Shown: positions 35,193 through 36,974 of the stretch, in pieces
Numbering within the stretch: position 1 is the stretch's first letter
Layout: each line of letters starts with the position of its first letter
Assembly: GCA_031970775.1 (NCBI GenBank)
Contig: DALYHR010000001.1
Span: 1-36,974, forward strand
From: Burkholderiaceae bacterium
GTDB lineage: Bacteria > Pseudomonadota > Gammaproteobacteria > Burkholderiales > Burkholderiaceae_C
DNA: 36,974 bases
Reading direction: 5' to 3'
Translations under genes and position numbers: made by a program
The notes under the pieces: generated by a model
The model's input: only the letters and a program-made list of their open reading frames with translations
Database searches by the model: none
What the model was told of the DNA's origin: nothing

Positions 35193-35717
35193 ATGGACCG
35201 CCGTACAAAGGCCGCAAAGTCAAATGGCAAGAAACCGGCTACGGAAGCACGAGAAGAGCAGATGCCCTTGTTCAAGCCGCACGACTGCATTGAAGTTGGA
35301 CGGGGCAGGCTGGTCAGGATTTCCAGCGACACCGAGGCACTGAAGGCGGCGTACTTGGCCGGCCGCGACTGCGGTCTGAAAAATATCGAGCGATGCAGCC
35401 CCCGTTGGAACGCCGCCAAGGCCGCCCACAACGGTGACCACGGCGACCACTATCGCTACGACGACACGGAGCACCTGACCGCCGAATTCGACCGCGGCTA
35501 CTACGTCGGGTGTGTCGAGCGGATGCAGAGCGAACCACCAAAGGCGACGCCATCACGGCGCGCCGCGATTCCAGTGCGCTACCGCAACCCAGAGACCGGC
35601 GAAACCTGGTCGGGCCGGGGCCTGCAACCCCGCTGGTTCAGGGAGGCGATCGGCAATGGGGCAACACCGGATCAGTTTGAAATTACCCCCGGAGCGACCC
35701 ATGGAACACCCCGATAA
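35193..35717 (+). CDS. Protein with C-terminal H-NS DNA-binding domain
   Basis: AGGAGG RBS; YRNPETGETWSGRGLQPRW is the H-NS C-terminal signature. Confidence 0.82.
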   Translation: MDRRTKAAKSNGKKPATEAREEQMPLFKPHDCIEVGRGRLVRISSDTEALKAAYLAGRDCGLKNIERCSPRWNAAKAAHNGDHGDHYRYDDTEHLTAEFDRGYYVGCVERMQSEPPKATPSRRAAIPVRYRNPETGETWSGRGLQPRWFREAIGNGATPDQFEITPGATHGTPR

Positions 35718-36081
35718 CCAGGCCGCCCCAGGCAACCCAACCATGCTGACGGCCGCCCAAGTGGCGCAGCAGCTCTGCCTAAGCACGCGCATGGTCTATG
35801 GGCTCATCGCCAGCGGACAGCTGCGCGGCTACCGGTTTGGCTCCGCAGTCCGCTTCGACCAATCTGATGTGGATACCTACAAAGCATCATGCCGGTCTAC
35901 TACGACACAGCCAGGCGCCGCTGGCGCTACGAGTTCGATCGTTACGTTGAAGGACGCCGACAGCGAACTACAAAGCTACTTCCGAAGCCGTGGACTCGGC
36001 GCGAGGCGGACGCCTACGCTGCAGAGCAAGACGCCCGGCTCTACGCCATCGCGACCGGTGCGATCAAGCCGAAACGCCTGA
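35701..36081 (+). CDS. xis: Excisionase (HTH_17-type)
   Basis: LTAAQVAQQLCLSTRMVYGLIASGQLRGYRFGSAVRF; overlaps the integrase start. Confidence 0.82.
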   Translation: MEHPDNQAAPGNPTMLTAAQVAQQLCLSTRMVYGLIASGQLRGYRFGSAVRFDQSDVDTYKASCRSTTTQPGAAGATSSIVTLKDADSELQSYFRSRGLGARRTPTLQSKTPGSTPSRPVRSSRNA

Positions 36082-36845
36082 TCTCCGAAGCCATTCACCT
36101 CTATCTGATCGAGCACGCCCCAGGCTTGAAGTCGGCACCGATCATCGAGCGCGAACTGGTGGCCTGCGCTGACGCCTACATGGGCTGCACCATCGACCAG
36201 TTGCCCGATGTGGCCCGTGAGTACGCCACCCGCCAATCCGGCCTGCTTCAGCCAGCGACGATTCGCAACCGACTGGCCTACATCCGCGCCGCGTGCCGAT
36301 GGGCCTGGAAGCACCACGGCATTGCCGACCACGACCCGGCCGAACGGATGGTGATGCCCAAGGTGCGCAACGAGCGCCATGCCTACATCGACCGCGCCGC
36401 CATGCTGCGCATTGCCAGAGCCATGACAAACCGTGCGGCCCGCGCTGTGGCCCTGGTGGCGTTCTACTCGGGCATGCGACTGGGCGAAGTCCTGCGCGCA
36501 GCCCCGACAGACCGAGGGTGGCTGATTGAGGACACCAAGAACGGCGACCGCCGACTGGTACCCATCCACCCCCGCGTGGCGCATCTGTCCACAAACTGGC
36601 CGCCGGCCTGTTCAGCCCGGACAGCACACAAGCGCTTCACAGCCGCCGCCCAGGCGATGGGGTTCGATGATCTGCGTTTCCATGATCTGCGCCATTCGGC
36701 GGCCAGCGAGATGATCAACGCTGGAGTCGATCTCTACACCGTCGGCGCCGTGCTCGGGCATCGGGCTGCAGCCAGCACTAAGCGCTACTCCCACCTCACC
36801 ACCGACACGCTGGCCAAGGCCCTTTGGTCGATTGGGAAAAGGTGA
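35889..36845 (+). CDS. int: Tyrosine integrase
   Basis: SGMRLGE (R), TKN (K), HDLRH, LGH, RY catalytic residues; adjacent to att. Confidence 0.96.
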   Translation: MPVYYDTARRRWRYEFDRYVEGRRQRTTKLLPKPWTRREADAYAAEQDARLYAIATGAIKPKRLISEAIHLYLIEHAPGLKSAPIIERELVACADAYMGCTIDQLPDVAREYATRQSGLLQPATIRNRLAYIRAACRWAWKHHGIADHDPAERMVMPKVRNERHAYIDRAAMLRIARAMTNRAARAVALVAFYSGMRLGEVLRAAPTDRGWLIEDTKNGDRRLVPIHPRVAHLSTNWPPACSARTAHKRFTAAAQAMGFDDLRFHDLRHSAASEMINAGVDLYTVGAVLGHRAAASTKRYSHLTTDTLAKALWSIGKR

Positions 36846-36857
36846 GGAGCTTGCGAG

Positions 36858-36869
36858 ATTTCCCCACAC
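36858..36869 (+). promoter_or_regulatory. Putative integrase arm-type site ATTTCCCCACAC
   Basis: Repeat of 144-155, followed by a partial inverted copy TGGGAAAT at 36872-36879. Confidence 0.55.
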
Positions 36870-36919
36870 ACTGGGAAATTGCATGAATCCAGAAGACGGG
36901 GCAGAACCGTTGATTCTCC

Positions 36920-36974
36920 TGGTGCCCGGGACGGGGGTCGAACCCGTACGCCCTGTGAGGGGCTGCGGATTTTA
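36920..36974 (-). tRNA. tRNA-Leu(TAA), 3' part (5' end lies outside the window)
   Basis: Reverse complement gives TAAAATCCGCAGCCCCTCACAGGGCGTACGGGTTCGACCCCCGTCCCGGGCACCA: long variable arm, GGTTCGA T-loop and CCA end. The anticodon loop CTTAAAA is fully visible in the left copy. Confidence 0.88.
36926..36974. repeat. Right prophage attachment core
   Basis: Exact copy of 1-49, 80 bp downstream of the integrase stop. Confidence 0.95.

Larger units (their letters stand above)
1..36974. mobile_element. Complete lambdoid prophage integrated at the 3' end of tRNA-Leu(TAA)
   Basis: 49-bp terminal direct repeat, integrase and excisionase at the right end, cI/cro switch, replication, packaging, head and tail modules in lambdoid order. 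Confidence 0.97.

Noticed and set aside
35889..36845. Phage integrase as the cassette recombinase (IntI)
   Set aside because: The segment between TKN and HDLRH is short and lacks the IntI-specific insertion. The gene sits beside xis and the tRNA att core, as expected of a normal prophage integrase.

Overview
The window is one complete lambdoid (siphovirus-type) prophage. It is bounded by a 49-bp direct repeat (1-49 and 36926-36974) that is the 3' half of a minus-strand tRNA-Leu(TAA). The minus strand, read right to left from 25752, carries cro, a putative cII, a DUF1376/YdaU-type replication initiator with internal iterons, both terminase subunits, an HTH late regulator, gpW, portal, a fused protease-capsid gene, neck and tail genes, tape measure, tail tip and two fibre-like genes. 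The plus strand carries cI, an AT-rich membrane gene, an early operon (including a beta-barrel protein and an H-NS-domain protein), excisionase and a tyrosine integrase. The outstanding feature lies between cI and the PL-like promoter (27140-31062): an array of seven integron-type gene cassettes. Each ends in an attC-like imperfect palindrome, and each has 10-13 bp of start/end complementarity, the signature of IntI-type G/TT recombination. No integron integrase is present in the window. All seven cassette genes point opposite to the attC polarity, in line with a phage leftward operon. The cargo looks like phage counter-defence or modification genes: a C5 methyltransferase with a nested alternative-frame subunit, a PAPS-reductase-family protein, an RNA-ligase-like protein and four unknowns. 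No endolysin is recognisable. All product calls come from motif recognition and gene order; no database searches were run.
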